A program made the position numbers and the translations under genes. 64,000 nt of DNA from Geosiphon pyriformis uo1 (lineage: Eukaryota > Fungi > Glomeromycota): the NCBI GenBank assembly GCA_016748015.1, contig JAAOMT010000706.1:234764-298763 (forward strand). The letters run 5' to 3'. Of this stretch, positions 38,441-50,300 are shown piece by piece. Within the stretch, counting starts at the first letter, position 1; each line of letters opens with the position of its first letter. The notes under the pieces were generated by a model. It was given only the letters and a program-made list of their open reading frames with translations, did no database searches and was not told the DNA's origin.

Positions 38441-39259
38441 ATGTTTTAAACAAATAACAACTTAAATCAATTGCTTTTAATTATAATAATTAACAATACT
38501 GATTTTTTTTTTAATTTTATTTTATTTTTTATTTTTTATTTTTTTTTGTTCTTTTTTTTGTTCTTTTTTTATTTTTTTTTTGTAAAGCAGTAACATAAAA
38601 AAATTGACTGTCTGAGAATAAAATTTGTGATAATCTGATAAAAAAAGAAAGCTTTTCTTAGGATTAAATATTAATATTATCTTGTTAACTTACTAAAAGA
38701 GTGAAAAAACATTATTAGACTCTAGTAATTGTGTTTGATTAGCTCAAAAAAGATAGCTTATAAATACAAGTTACAATATTGCAAAACTATATTTCTGTGT
38801 TTTATAATCAAAAAACTCCATAAATAAATTTATATCTATTAAGAAATCTTTAGAAACTAATAACACTAATACAGTGAATTCTCTTTATAGTCCCTCTGGT
38901 TATAGTCACTATCTTTTTATAATCACATTTTTTTAAAAACCAAAACCATTTATATATAATATTATTTTCCTATAGTCACTTTTACTATATATATCTCCTT
39001 ATAGTTCCTATCCCCACAAATATGATAGCAGAATATAAATAATTTCCACTCTCTATAGTCATACTATAATCATATGATATTAGATATAAACATTAAATGT
39101 TATCTTATATTTAATCGGACATGTACAGTCAGAGAAATTTTCCAATTAACAATGGAAATTATTTTTTTTATGGTAGTAAAAAAAATTAGAGAAGTTTCTG
39201 AAAACAATTGTAGAACACTAAACAAAATTTCTTAAATATTACAACATTCAATTATTCTT

Positions 39260-39760
39260 CTTTATAAGCTGCCATCACCATCAGAAAACAATGACAAAAC
39301 TATTATATCTGGCTTGTTATTTGTGGGTATTATGAGAGTTTTAATAATAGTTGACATATGGTACAGTACTGCTGCTTTTGGTGCTTTGGAGACTGGTGGT
39401 GCTTCAGAGACTGGTAGTGCTTTGGAGACTGTTGCTGTGAGTATCAATGAAATTACTCTGGATCAAACTTAGACTAACGAGATTATTTTTTCTCCATATT
39501 AAGAGAAAGAATTAACAGACCTACAAGTGAGAATAATGGCCCAATGGAATCCTCTGGGAACAAGTTTGTTAATAAGACATTGCTTAAGCAAATCAACTGG
39601 GAATGGAGTTTGAATTTACCTTTTCTTAGAAAGAGAAATGTGATCAGTAATAAAACTTAGAGCATGAGAATTTCGATATATACCCAATAAATACATTTTC
39701 ACATCAACTTTGACATCCACAATTAAAAAAGGGCTCCATACTAGTAATCATATTTATCAT
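39260..39760 (-). pseudogene. Possible intron-containing fragment of an unknown gene (cargo)
   Basis: Two short GT..AG intron-like segments (about 39460-39520 and 39625-39682) between coding-like stretches; 18-bp x3 repeat at 39380-39430. Confidence 0.3.
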
Positions 39761-40109
39761 TCGACCAATATTTAGTATTAGCAAGCAAAAGTTTGACTGA
39801 TAGTTTTAAAGATGTATTAAAAATCAACTTTTTTGGGACAAATAAATTCATGTTGAATGCTTTTCATAATTTAAACATCATTATGCAGAATAGAAATTCG
39901 GACCTAGACTCAACATATCATGTTTTAAAAATGCCAATTATAAATAGTAATACACCTAATCCAAGATAAACAAAACTGTACACAATACAATATATTTCTA
40001 ACTTCTTGAAGGATATTTATTAGGCTGTCACATGATTAACTTGATAAGCTTTGAAAACATTATCACTTAAAAGAGGTATTAGAGAGTTAATAATAGGTAA
40101 TAGTTGTGA

Positions 40110-41040
40110 TTTTATTAACAGATTTACATTTTTTGATAATTTGCTTCTTCACTTGTTACTGGAATTGGTTTTCAAGTACCTAACAATGTTTTTTTAATTT
40201 GCCTTGCTTTAAGAAAGTCTATTCTTTTCATCTGTGCAATTTCACTGAATTTTTTCATTTCTTTGCTTAATATCCATTCATGACCAATATCATGAAAAAC
40301 ATGATTAGAGACATTTGGATTTACAAACTGTGTCTTTCTTATCTGAACTTGAAATCAATTTGATTCAGCAATAAAGCTAGGACATGTACAAGACCTGTAT
40401 ATTTCACTTTTAGAATATCTGATGACATTAAAAAGGTTAGTATGTAATTTCTCAAATTTGATACAGTTATGTGCTGCAATTTCCCAATGCCATTGTGAAG
40501 GTAAACAATTTAAGCATTTTGTTAATTTTTTCAAGTATTGTATCATGGCCTTGATGTTGATTTGAAAGTTTAGATTGAGAAATTACAATTCTTTCTTGAA
40601 TCAGCTTGCAAACTTCAGGCTTTAATCATAGCCATTGTTCTTCATCAGCAATTTCAATTAATTGGTAAATAGGATGGCACCAAGCAAACCAAATTGGTGC
40701 AAACATTTGTCTAGCTGCAAGTCTTAATGAAGACCTATTAAAACAAACTCCAATGCAAAAGTTAATAATTGCTTGTAAATAAAAAAAGACTTGTTTATAC
40801 TTTAACCTGAATTAAGATCTGTTTCATTTTGGGTCTATTCTAAGTTACTTTCAACAGATGGATTTTCCTTAGAAACAACATATGACCACATTAATTTGGA
40901 AGTCATTACATGCCTATATATATTACATATCAAATCTCACAACTTATGATGATCAGGACATTTTTTAAAAAACTGCAGTTGACTTTCACTTTAATATCCC
41001 TGACATTGTGCAAAGTATTTTATATTGATATTCCAATTAA
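40110..41040 (-). pseudogene. Fragment of an uncharacterised repeat-associated protein (possibly DUF6589-like)
   Basis: Read-through translation NWNINIKYFAQCQGY..QLQFFKKCPDHHK..LRLAARQMFAPIW..HPIYQLIE..HQGHDTILEKINK..HWEIAAHNC; family assignment is recollection only. Confidence 0.5.
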
Positions 41041-41042
41041 TA

Positions 41043-41250
41043 AGTATTGCTGTGTTTGGAGGACTTGACAACATGACATTGTGTTATCTTCTATGCAATT
41101 ATGCAAGTATGTGGAGAATCAAATTGACAGTCTTCATTATTGATCATCAGTTGGAGGTAAGAGACAAAAAATGTCACAGATGCATTATCAAAATTAGATT
41201 TCTTTTTACCGAGAATCTGTTATTTGCACTTAGAATCCTACAGTTGGATT
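41043..41250 (+). pseudogene. Fragment of a PP-loop ATPase, tRNA(Ile)-lysidine synthase (TilS)-like
   Basis: IAVFGGLDNMTLCYLL...LTVFIIDHQL is a transition-mutated IAVSGGxDSMxL...DH motif; followed by a GTAAG donor and VTDALSKL / ILQLD(W) remnants. Confidence 0.7.
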
Positions 41251-41420
41251 AAAACCTTCATTTTTATAATTTGGCTGCTTTTTATAATCTGAAACACCTC
41301 ATATAACATGAGACATCTCATATGTCTGATTAGATATAAGGCAAAATGACGTTTGAAACATAACAGATACATCAATGTGTTATAAAAGCAAAATGCAATA
41401 AAAAGTGTGTTCTTATTAAC

Positions 41421-42968
41421 ATGTCAAAAAACATGGACCAAAAGCGAACAGCAATCTCCTTGAAGACTAAAAAGGCTCTCTGCCAGTACAAACTAGAGCA
41501 TTTTAACTATTCAGCAAATAGACTTATCAAAATATTTAATCTAAAAGTTGACCACTCCACTGTAACAAAGATACTCACAAAATCAGACTAATGGATTGAA
41601 AAAAATGTATCTAACAACTCTAGTCAATTGACAAAGAACAGGAAAGAAATGTTTCTGAAGATAAATGATGCACTGGGAGAATGGATGCTTGGAGTACTAG
41701 CTACCAACTGCATTTTTACTGGAAAAATTTTACAAATGAAAGCCCTCAAGTTTGCTGAAAAGTTTCCAGAAGAAAATAACTTTAAAGCATCAAATGGTTG
41801 GTTAGAAAAGTTCAAGAAACATCATAATTTGCACCACATTAAGATGCATGGCAAAGCAAACAGTGCCTTCTTAGAAATTTTACCAAAAAAACAAGAGAAA
41901 CTGTGTGAAATTATCAGCAAATATAATCTAAATAATGTTTACAATGCCGATAAGACAGCATTATTCTTTAGAATGCCACCAAATACAACTTTGGCAACAA
42001 GATCTACCTCTGGTACCAAGCATGATAAGAGTCGAATTATCATACTTCTTGCTTGTAATACAACAGGCAGCATCAAGTTGCAGTTTTTAATTATTGGCAA
42101 AGCCACAAAGCCACGATGTTTTTGCAATATTAATATGAATGCACTTCCAATTATTTATTATTACAATACAAAAGCATAAATGCAAACTGATATTTTTAGT
42201 GAATGGCTTAATTTATTAAATGAAGAAATGCATCACAAGAAAAAAAAGATTTTGCTATTGCTTAATAATACTGGTTCCCATAGTAGAGAATTTTTTGTAT
42301 TATCTAATATTATGATTAGATATCTACCATCCAATACAACATTCCATTTGCAACCATTAGATGTAGGAATTATTGCATCTTTTAAGGCACAATATTAAAA
42401 GTTGTTTTTTTTCCATCTTATTAATCAGTATGATGACAAGATTCCAATATCAACAGTAACATTAAAAAATGCAGTTGACTTTCTAATTAATGTGTGGTCA
42501 GCAGTAACAACAACTACAATCCAAAACTGTTGGCATCATATGGAAATTTTGAATAATAGTTAAATGCCAGCCCATTCATTAGATATTGAACAAAAAGTAC
42601 AAGTTCTTATTGAGCATGTTGATATTGATAAGCTATTGACAATAGATTTCATTAATATTGACAAGTTTAAACCATTATTCACTTATGCCTCAGAGAATGA
42701 AATTGTGGATCTTATTAACAACAAGTATAATAGAAATTCTAATGTAAATGAAGATTTAGAAAGTGAAAATGAAGATGAATCTTTGTCTTTGCTATCTATA
42801 TATTAAGATAAAATTGCACTTGAAGATACATTGCACTATTGTGAAGAGCAGTATAGTGAAAAAGTTGATTCAGACTTTTTTAAAACTTTGAGAACATTAA
42901 TTCATAATACTGTTTTCAAAGTTTAAGAAGAGAAAAAACAGTTGCAAATAGATAGCTTTTTTAAATAA
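41421..42968 (+). pseudogene. pogo/CENP-B-like transposase (HTH + DDE_1), 515 codons with premature stops
   Basis: FKASNGWLEKFK, NAD(K/E)TALF, LLL(N/D)NTGSH, QPLDVGII; C-terminal QLQIDSFF. Confidence 0.93.
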
Positions 42969-43111
42969 AATATATATAATTGGTTATTATATTATGCATG
43001 TGATATATAGATCATGTAATAAGATATTGATCATTTTTTATAGTCCTATCTCTCTATAGTCATCACAAATGTGCTGACCAAAAGATGTGATTATAAAGAG
43101 AGTTCACTGTA

Positions 43112-46100
43112 TTGGCATGATTTATTGCAGATTTCTTCTCATCCAGGAATGTTGTTCCACATTTTTTCATCCAATAAGGTTTCCCACAAGCAAGACAAGA
43201 TTTATTGTCCTATTTTCTTTGTCATTTTGGTCATTCAAAGTATTTTAGTATACATAGACAGCAATAGAATTTGGTTACTGTAGAGTATTCCTTATCGTCA
43301 CTATAACATGTACCTATTGATAACAATTTTTTGCCACAATCAATACATACTAGTTTTGGTTAGCAATAATTAGTTGGTTGTGGTAGAGTATAGGTGTATA
43401 GAATATAGTTGTGGTAATGGTTAGTATTGGCTCTTCTCCTTTCTCTTTTCCTTTTTTTTTGTTACTCTTTCCCCATTCTCAAGTTGGTATCAGCTCAGTA
43501 TTGTCCATGTTTGATTGGTATTTTTGGTAAGTTTTTTTTTTTGCTTTTTCTTTTTATTGTCACCTCAGAATGGTATCAGTAATAGTTTGTTGTAATTGTT
43601 GTCAGCCCAGGAAATTTAATAGACTTTCCAAGTAGGTTTTTCTTCTTCATTATCAAATTCAATGAGAGGTGTTGATAGTGTAATAATAGGCTTAAAGTGG
43701 CTACACGTCACTGGTACATGTGTATATTGACTATTTTGGCTAAGTTAAAGCTTCTGCATGGACCAATTGAGTGTCACGTTAATTTTGGACAACCAATTAT
43801 TGCCAACAAGTGCTTAGTACTACATTGCTTCTATCACAAGAACTTTAATAAGTACTATAATGCCATTGATTTCAATAGGTAAATCATCAATTTTTCCAAT
43901 TAGAGTTTTGGTTGCTCTATTGGCTGTTATAATTCTGGTACTGGCAGTGTGATCAACTTGACAACCTAATTGGTTCATGAGTTGTTATGTAATAATGCTG
44001 CCTGTTGACTCACTATCTAATATGAGTTTAATGAAGTGACCATCAACTTTAGTATTAGTGTACATGGTGGTAATTAGTTTTTTTTCAAGTGCTGCTCTGC
44101 TGAATAAAAGTGTGGATGATAGTTTTTCAAGTTTAAATGAGAAGATTGCTGCTAGTGATTTATTGTTAGTGATAGTGGCTGGAAGTATATTGCTGGTAAG
44201 TGATTGTGTTTGGTTGGTTTTCACATTATTAGATGGAGCATTTTCTGGGGTAATCAGGAAACTTAAATAATTCTGAAAACTTGGGTTTTGGGTATACCTG
44301 GTTCCTAAACTCTACTGGCATGATTCTAATAGTTGGGCTGAGGAACTGGGGATCAGTTGGTACATAACCATTGCTGATCTCCAGTTTTGCTGTATATAAA
44401 TAATTCTTGGTCTTTGATTTTCAGGTGTCAGGTGAGCTGAGTTTAAGAGTGGTGGTTAAATTGCTGGAGTTTGATAAATTATCTGTAGTTGTGGTAGTTG
44501 ATAAATTATGGGTGTTGTTGGTTAATAAATTGGAGCTTGATATACTGATATTTGATAAATTGGCTATTGTGTCATTTGAGTATAATAAGATGAGTATTGA
44601 TCCTGATTTGGTTATTGATTTGGGGTTTGAAACCTGTGATTAGGGTTTCAATATTGGTTTTCCAATTATGAGTTATTATTATAAGAATAGCAGTCAATTT
44701 TCAAATGGTCTTGTTTACCATAGTAGTGGCAAATACATGTCTCTTGCTGCCATGGCTGATTGGATAATAATAAAGAATGCGACTGATTTTGGGAGCAATT
44801 CACATTTTCAGAATTATGGCATCATTGGAATAGTTGATAGATTATGTAATTGTCAGCTAAGTATCTTTTTAGTTTCTGATTAATTGAATTACTGAATTGT
44901 TTTAATTTAGAATCCAAGTCAGATGATCTATTCATAACTAGGTTTATGGCTTAAACATGATTAGTCTCTAATTCAGCAGTTTCAAAATCTCTAGCATTGA
45001 TGACTGTGGCTTGCAAGTTGGTTGGATGTAGTAGACATACACATTACAGAATACTGCTGCATAATCCACAAATAAATTGATTTATAATTTGAGCCACTGT
45101 AAAATAATCAGCATTAATTGTTTATATCTGGTGCAGATTTCTATAGAAGCATCCCAAGTAAGTGGTAACAGCTTCTGTTTCTCCTTGTTTTATGGTAATA
45201 AAGGTGTTGGCTAACCAGTTGATACTGTTATTATTGCTGAAATATCATAGAAATTTAAGCTTGAAGACATTGAAATCTTGGAGTTTGTTGACCAAACTTT
45301 AATACCAAAAGTTGGTAATATTCTAGAAAAAATAGAGAATGGCTTGCATGGCTCTGGCATTGTTTCATCTATTGGCTGTAATGGCTTTTTCCATATTGTT
45401 TAGCCACACTTGGGCATTGTCCTCTTTGCCAGTGAATTTTTTGAGTTTTGCTATTGGAGCATAGGCCATTGGATCCAAATTTGGTTATTGTAGTAGTTGA
45501 AGTGGTAATTGCTAAAGTAGTATTGGCAGCTGTTGAAGTTGTTCAGCAATCAAATCAATTGGTTGCTGATTAATGATGATTTCTGGAGGTAAGTTTTGTG
45601 AATTAATTAACTTGGGGTTTGGATTGTTTTGTGTTTGCTGGGTTTGAATATCTGGAGTTTCAATTTCTGGATTTTCTGCAATCAGCTTTTGATAATTAAA
45701 TTCTTGATTCTTTTCTTTTTCTTCTTCTGATGTCATTATTTTCCAAAGACTTGCAGTTCTGAAATCTGGTAAAGATAGTGGTGATTGGAATCTTAATGGC
45801 ATTGGCAATCGCAATTTAAATCTTTTAAAGTAATTGCCATAGGTTCCTAATAATTTTAGTTTTTTTTTGTTTACTTTGAAATAAAAGTTGTCCAAATGTT
45901 AATGTTATGTTTAATGTGGATATGCCTGTTGATGCAATGTTAATGATACTTCTAGATATGTGATAATATGATGAATATAGTGAAAATTCAATTCTTTGTT
46001 TCTTCCACATTGGTAATTATATTCCTGTTGGTATTGCTGCTGGTGTTTGTAGTTTTCCTTTGCCTTTGTTTGTGTAGGTGATTGGGTATCTTTGTTGTGT

Positions 46101-47319
46101 GTGATGTTCAATTTCTTTATTGATTTCAATGAGAATTGCTGTAAAATTATAATTTACTGGTAGACTGGTATTTTGAATTAATTTGTTGTAGAAATTTCCT
46201 CTGGTTAAATCAGTTTCTATTGGTACTTCTAGCAAATATGAGATTCTTTCATTGACATAAAAATTGAAGACTGATTCTGTTGATAAGTGATTGCTGTTTA
46301 ATTCCAAGTGTTGACAGTAATATTGAAATAAGAATTTAGTGAATCTTAAATGGTTTGTCCTTATTCTTTCTGGTTTTGCCACTTTTAAATGGTTGTTTGT
46401 TGGTGCTGGTTTTCTGTAGAATTATATCTTACAGAGAGCACCAAATATTACAGATGATTATTTGGAGTCTCAAAGCAAATAACAAATCCATAACTTGGTG
46501 CTCAATTGATATAATGATTTTGGTTTCTAAAGGTGGTATAAATCTGAAGGTTTTAATAATCTGAAGGTTTTAATAATCTGAAGGTTTTGTTGTGGAATTC
46601 TTTGTATAATGAACAGAGATTCAATTGATTGTTTTATCAGTAGCTTTCCAAAACTGCAGTTTTGTCAATTTTTTTCTCAGCATGATGGCTGATAATTTTT
46701 CTGGTAAGATATCTTCAATTCTGAGTGTCTATTTTTATTCTTAGGTCTTTTACCAGTACTATATCCTGACATCAGTATTTTCATGCATGAATTTTTTTAA
46801 ATTAAGTTAGCAAAACAAAGAAAGTAAAGCAAGAAAAGAAATAAAAACATAAACCAAGGCAATTGCAAGTTAGTATTCTATTAATAGCTGTGATTAAGAG
46901 CTATTGTTTTAGTATAATTAAGTATCAATTACTATCAACATGAAGGGTTGATAGCAAGAATGGATTAAGATAGTGAATAATTATTTATTGATATTTTTGT
47001 ATAGAAAGATTGCTTAGATCAAATCTAAACTGAGAAGTCTGTCTTTTCTACTTTTAATGCTACTGCTATATATACATAATTGAGATTTCTCAATTCCTTA
47101 ATTCTTTATACCAGAAATCCTAAAATTCCTGAAATCCTGCAATTTCTTTTGAGAAAAATCCTAGAATTCTGGAATCTTGCGATTTCTTGTATGAAAATTC
47201 TGAAATTTCTGGAATCCTGCAATTTTTCTGAGAAGAATCCTAGAATTTCATATTTACTATGGCTATTCCTGATTGACTAATTTATATGCTAATATACTTC
47301 CTATATTCTATAAGTAACA
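43112..47319 (-). mobile_element. 5' half of Gypsy B3 (LTR 46446-47319, PBS, gag, PR, start of Cys-rich domain)
   Basis: LTR homologous to B1/B2; PBS TGGTGCTCTCT; capsid MAYAPIAKLKKFTG; knuckle CHYYGKQDHLKIDC; protease LILDSESTGSII; truncated at the pogo end. Confidence 0.88.
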
Positions 47320-50300
47320 TTTTCTATATGTAAGATTAAATAGTATGTGTTTTGTAGTATTTGTTTTAGTGTTCTGTATGCTAGTAATACTGATGGAATA
47401 AAGATATCCCATTTCTGCTCAAAATCTGTTAAGACTTTGGCTAAAGATTTACACAATGTTTTGTTGAAATATTCTACAAGTCCATTTGTTTAAGGATGAT
47501 AAAGTGATGATAGAGGTCTTTTGATATTGAATTGTTTACAAATTTCTTGTATCAAGTTGTTCACAAAATATGTTCCTTGATCAGATAAAAGTTCAATTGG
47601 GCATTCATGTCTACAAATAATGTTTTCATAAATAAAATCTGCTACTAATTTTGCATCTGTTTTTTGGATGGCTCTAGCTTTAGGCCATTTGGTGAAATAA
47701 TCTACTGCAACTGCAATATAACAATTTCCTTAGGTTGTAATAGGTAATAGTCTGACTAAATCAATTCCAACTCTGTCGAAAGATTGTCCAACTTTGATTG
47801 GATTTAAAGGTTTTGTGAGATGAATTCCTCCTCTTCTTTAACAACTATCACAAAATTCTACATATTGTTAAATGTTTTTTTGCATGTGAGGCCAAAAGTA
47901 ATATTCAAAAGTTCTTTAAATTGTTTCATCTCTTCCCAAGTGTGCTGAAGAAGGATCTGTGTGCATATTGTATAGAATTGTTTTTTTTTCATTTTCTTGT
48001 ATTAATCTGAGTAGTTGATTTGGATTTCTGCAATTTTTGTAATAAATTTTGTTGTGGTGTATGAAATATTGTTTGAATTGGTGTTGTAATCGATGTTTTT
48101 TACTTGGAGACCAATTTTCGGGCATGGTAAGAGTCTCCAAATAGTTTTTGATGTTGTTGTAATTTCTGGAATCTATTGTTGTTTGGTTATTTTTGTTGAT
48201 AGTTGGTAAGTTGTAATGAAATTGTTGTTGGTATTAATCTTGTTTCATTCTTGAGAGACTGTTCACATTGGTGTGTAGTTTTCTTGGTTTGTAATGTACA
48301 ATATATTTGTAATTTGCTAGAAAGTCATTCTATTGAAACTGTTTGACACTTTGTTTGGTTTTTTTTTATTAAGCCATTTGAGGCCAATATTGTCAGTTAT
48401 AATGTCAAATTTTTTTCTATTCTTTAGATATTGTTGAAAATGTTTAATAGCCCAAATGACTACAACAGCTTCTAATTCAGTTGAGCCATATTTGAGTTTT
48501 GTTGGCTTGAGTGTTCTACTAACATAGGCAATAACTTGTTCCTGACCATTTTCATCCAATTGTAACAGAATGGCACCAAAAGCTATATGTAAAGCATCAG
48601 TGGCTAGTTGGAATTGTTTGTTGAAATTTGAGTAAATAAGAACTAAAGCTGTTGTTAATTTTGTTTTGAAGGTGTCAAAGGCTTTCTGTTGTTTTTCAGT
48701 TCATTGATATGGCACGTTTTTGTTGGTAAGATAGTTGAGTGGTTTGGCAATCTCTGAGAATTTTTTTATGAATTTTTGATAGTAGGAGATTAATTCTACA
48801 AATCTTTGTAGCTCTGTGGTATTTCTGGGTGTTTGAAAGTTTTTAACAGCACTAATTGTTTCAGGATTTGGTTTGACTCCATCTTTGCTAACAATATGTC
48901 CAAAAAAAATTAAACTTGTTTTTCCAAAGTAACATTTTTCAATGTTCAACTTTAATCTTGCTTTCTATAATCATTGAAAAACTTCTCACAAATAGATAAG
49001 ATAGGCTTTAAAACTTGGTAAGTATATATTAGTGTTATTAAAATAGACAACTACTGATTGCCATAAGAGTCTTTCATATACAACATTCATGAGTTGCTAA
49101 AATATTGCTGGTGCATTGCAGAATTCAAAAGGCATAACATTGAACTCATAATTTCTTTCTTGAGTAGTAAATGCTGTTTTGAGTCAATCTTTTAGATCTA
49201 TTTTAACTTGCCAATATCCACTTTTCAAGTCTAAAGTTGAGAAGAACTTGGCTTTTCCTAAAGCATCTAGCATGTCATTAATTCTTAAAAGAGGATAGGC
49301 ATCTTTAATTATTATACTGTTCAGTTGGTAATAGTCAACACAAAATCTGATTTTTTCATTTTTTTTTTAACAAAGACTACTGATAAGACCCAAGAACTTT
49401 TTAATGATTGAATTAATCCATTATTGAGCATTCTTTGGACTTCTTTTCTAATGAATTGGTAACTGGCAAGTGGAACTTGATAAGTTTGTTGTTGTTTTGG
49501 TAGAGCATCTGCTGTATGAATCTGATGTTGAACAATATTAGTTTTTCTAAGATTATTGTTGTCTTTTGCAAATATGTTAGTGAATTCAGCTATTAGCTGT
49601 TTTAATTGTCTTTGTTGTTGAGGTTCTAAGAGATTCATGTTGATTCAAAAGAGTTTTTCTTTCAAAAGATGGTAGTTTTCAGTAGTAAGAATGATGTTTG
49701 AATTTGAAAGTAGTGTATGTTTTATAATTTCGATGAAATTAGAGACAATTTGAGGGTTTTTATTTTGGAAAATATTGCTGTGTATGATTCCAATTTCTAA
49801 TTTATTCAATAAGACAATAGGGTAATTATTGGAATTGTAGAATGTAACTCAAAATTTTTTTATTCTTTTGGGAATATAAACATTTAAGATTGAGATTTTA
49901 TGCTTTAAACAGATTTATTTATTGGATTCAAAGATTTGTTGGATAGTGGTGGGTTTTGAGCAAGTGTAGATTTCTTGATGTTCTCTAAAAGATGAAATGA
50001 TAATTGGTTGGAGAAGTTGAAAAATCTGGTAAGATTCATTCTATGTATTGAAAGCTATGTTTATTGGCACTGTAAATCATCTAGTTGAACCAAAACTTTG
50101 AGTTCCTTTTTCATTTCTTCCCAATTGTTCTCTGTTATTTACTGATTGTAAACCTAAAATGTTGATTAAGGGTAAATAAATTGCTTGGGCAATTTTTTCA
50201 GCATGTTCAATTCTAAATGGTTTGTTTGTTTCATTTTGTAACATGATAATAATGTTTCTAATATATTCTGCATCTATGACTTCTTCTTTAATATTGATTC

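Larger units (their letters stand above)
38872..43109 (+). mobile_element. pogo/Tigger-type (Tc1/mariner superfamily) DNA transposon, 4238 bp, with cargo
   Basis: TIRs CAGTGAA(T/C)TCTCTTTATA(G/A)TC at both ends, flanked by TA; subterminal TATAGTC repeats; transposase inside. Confidence 0.88.
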
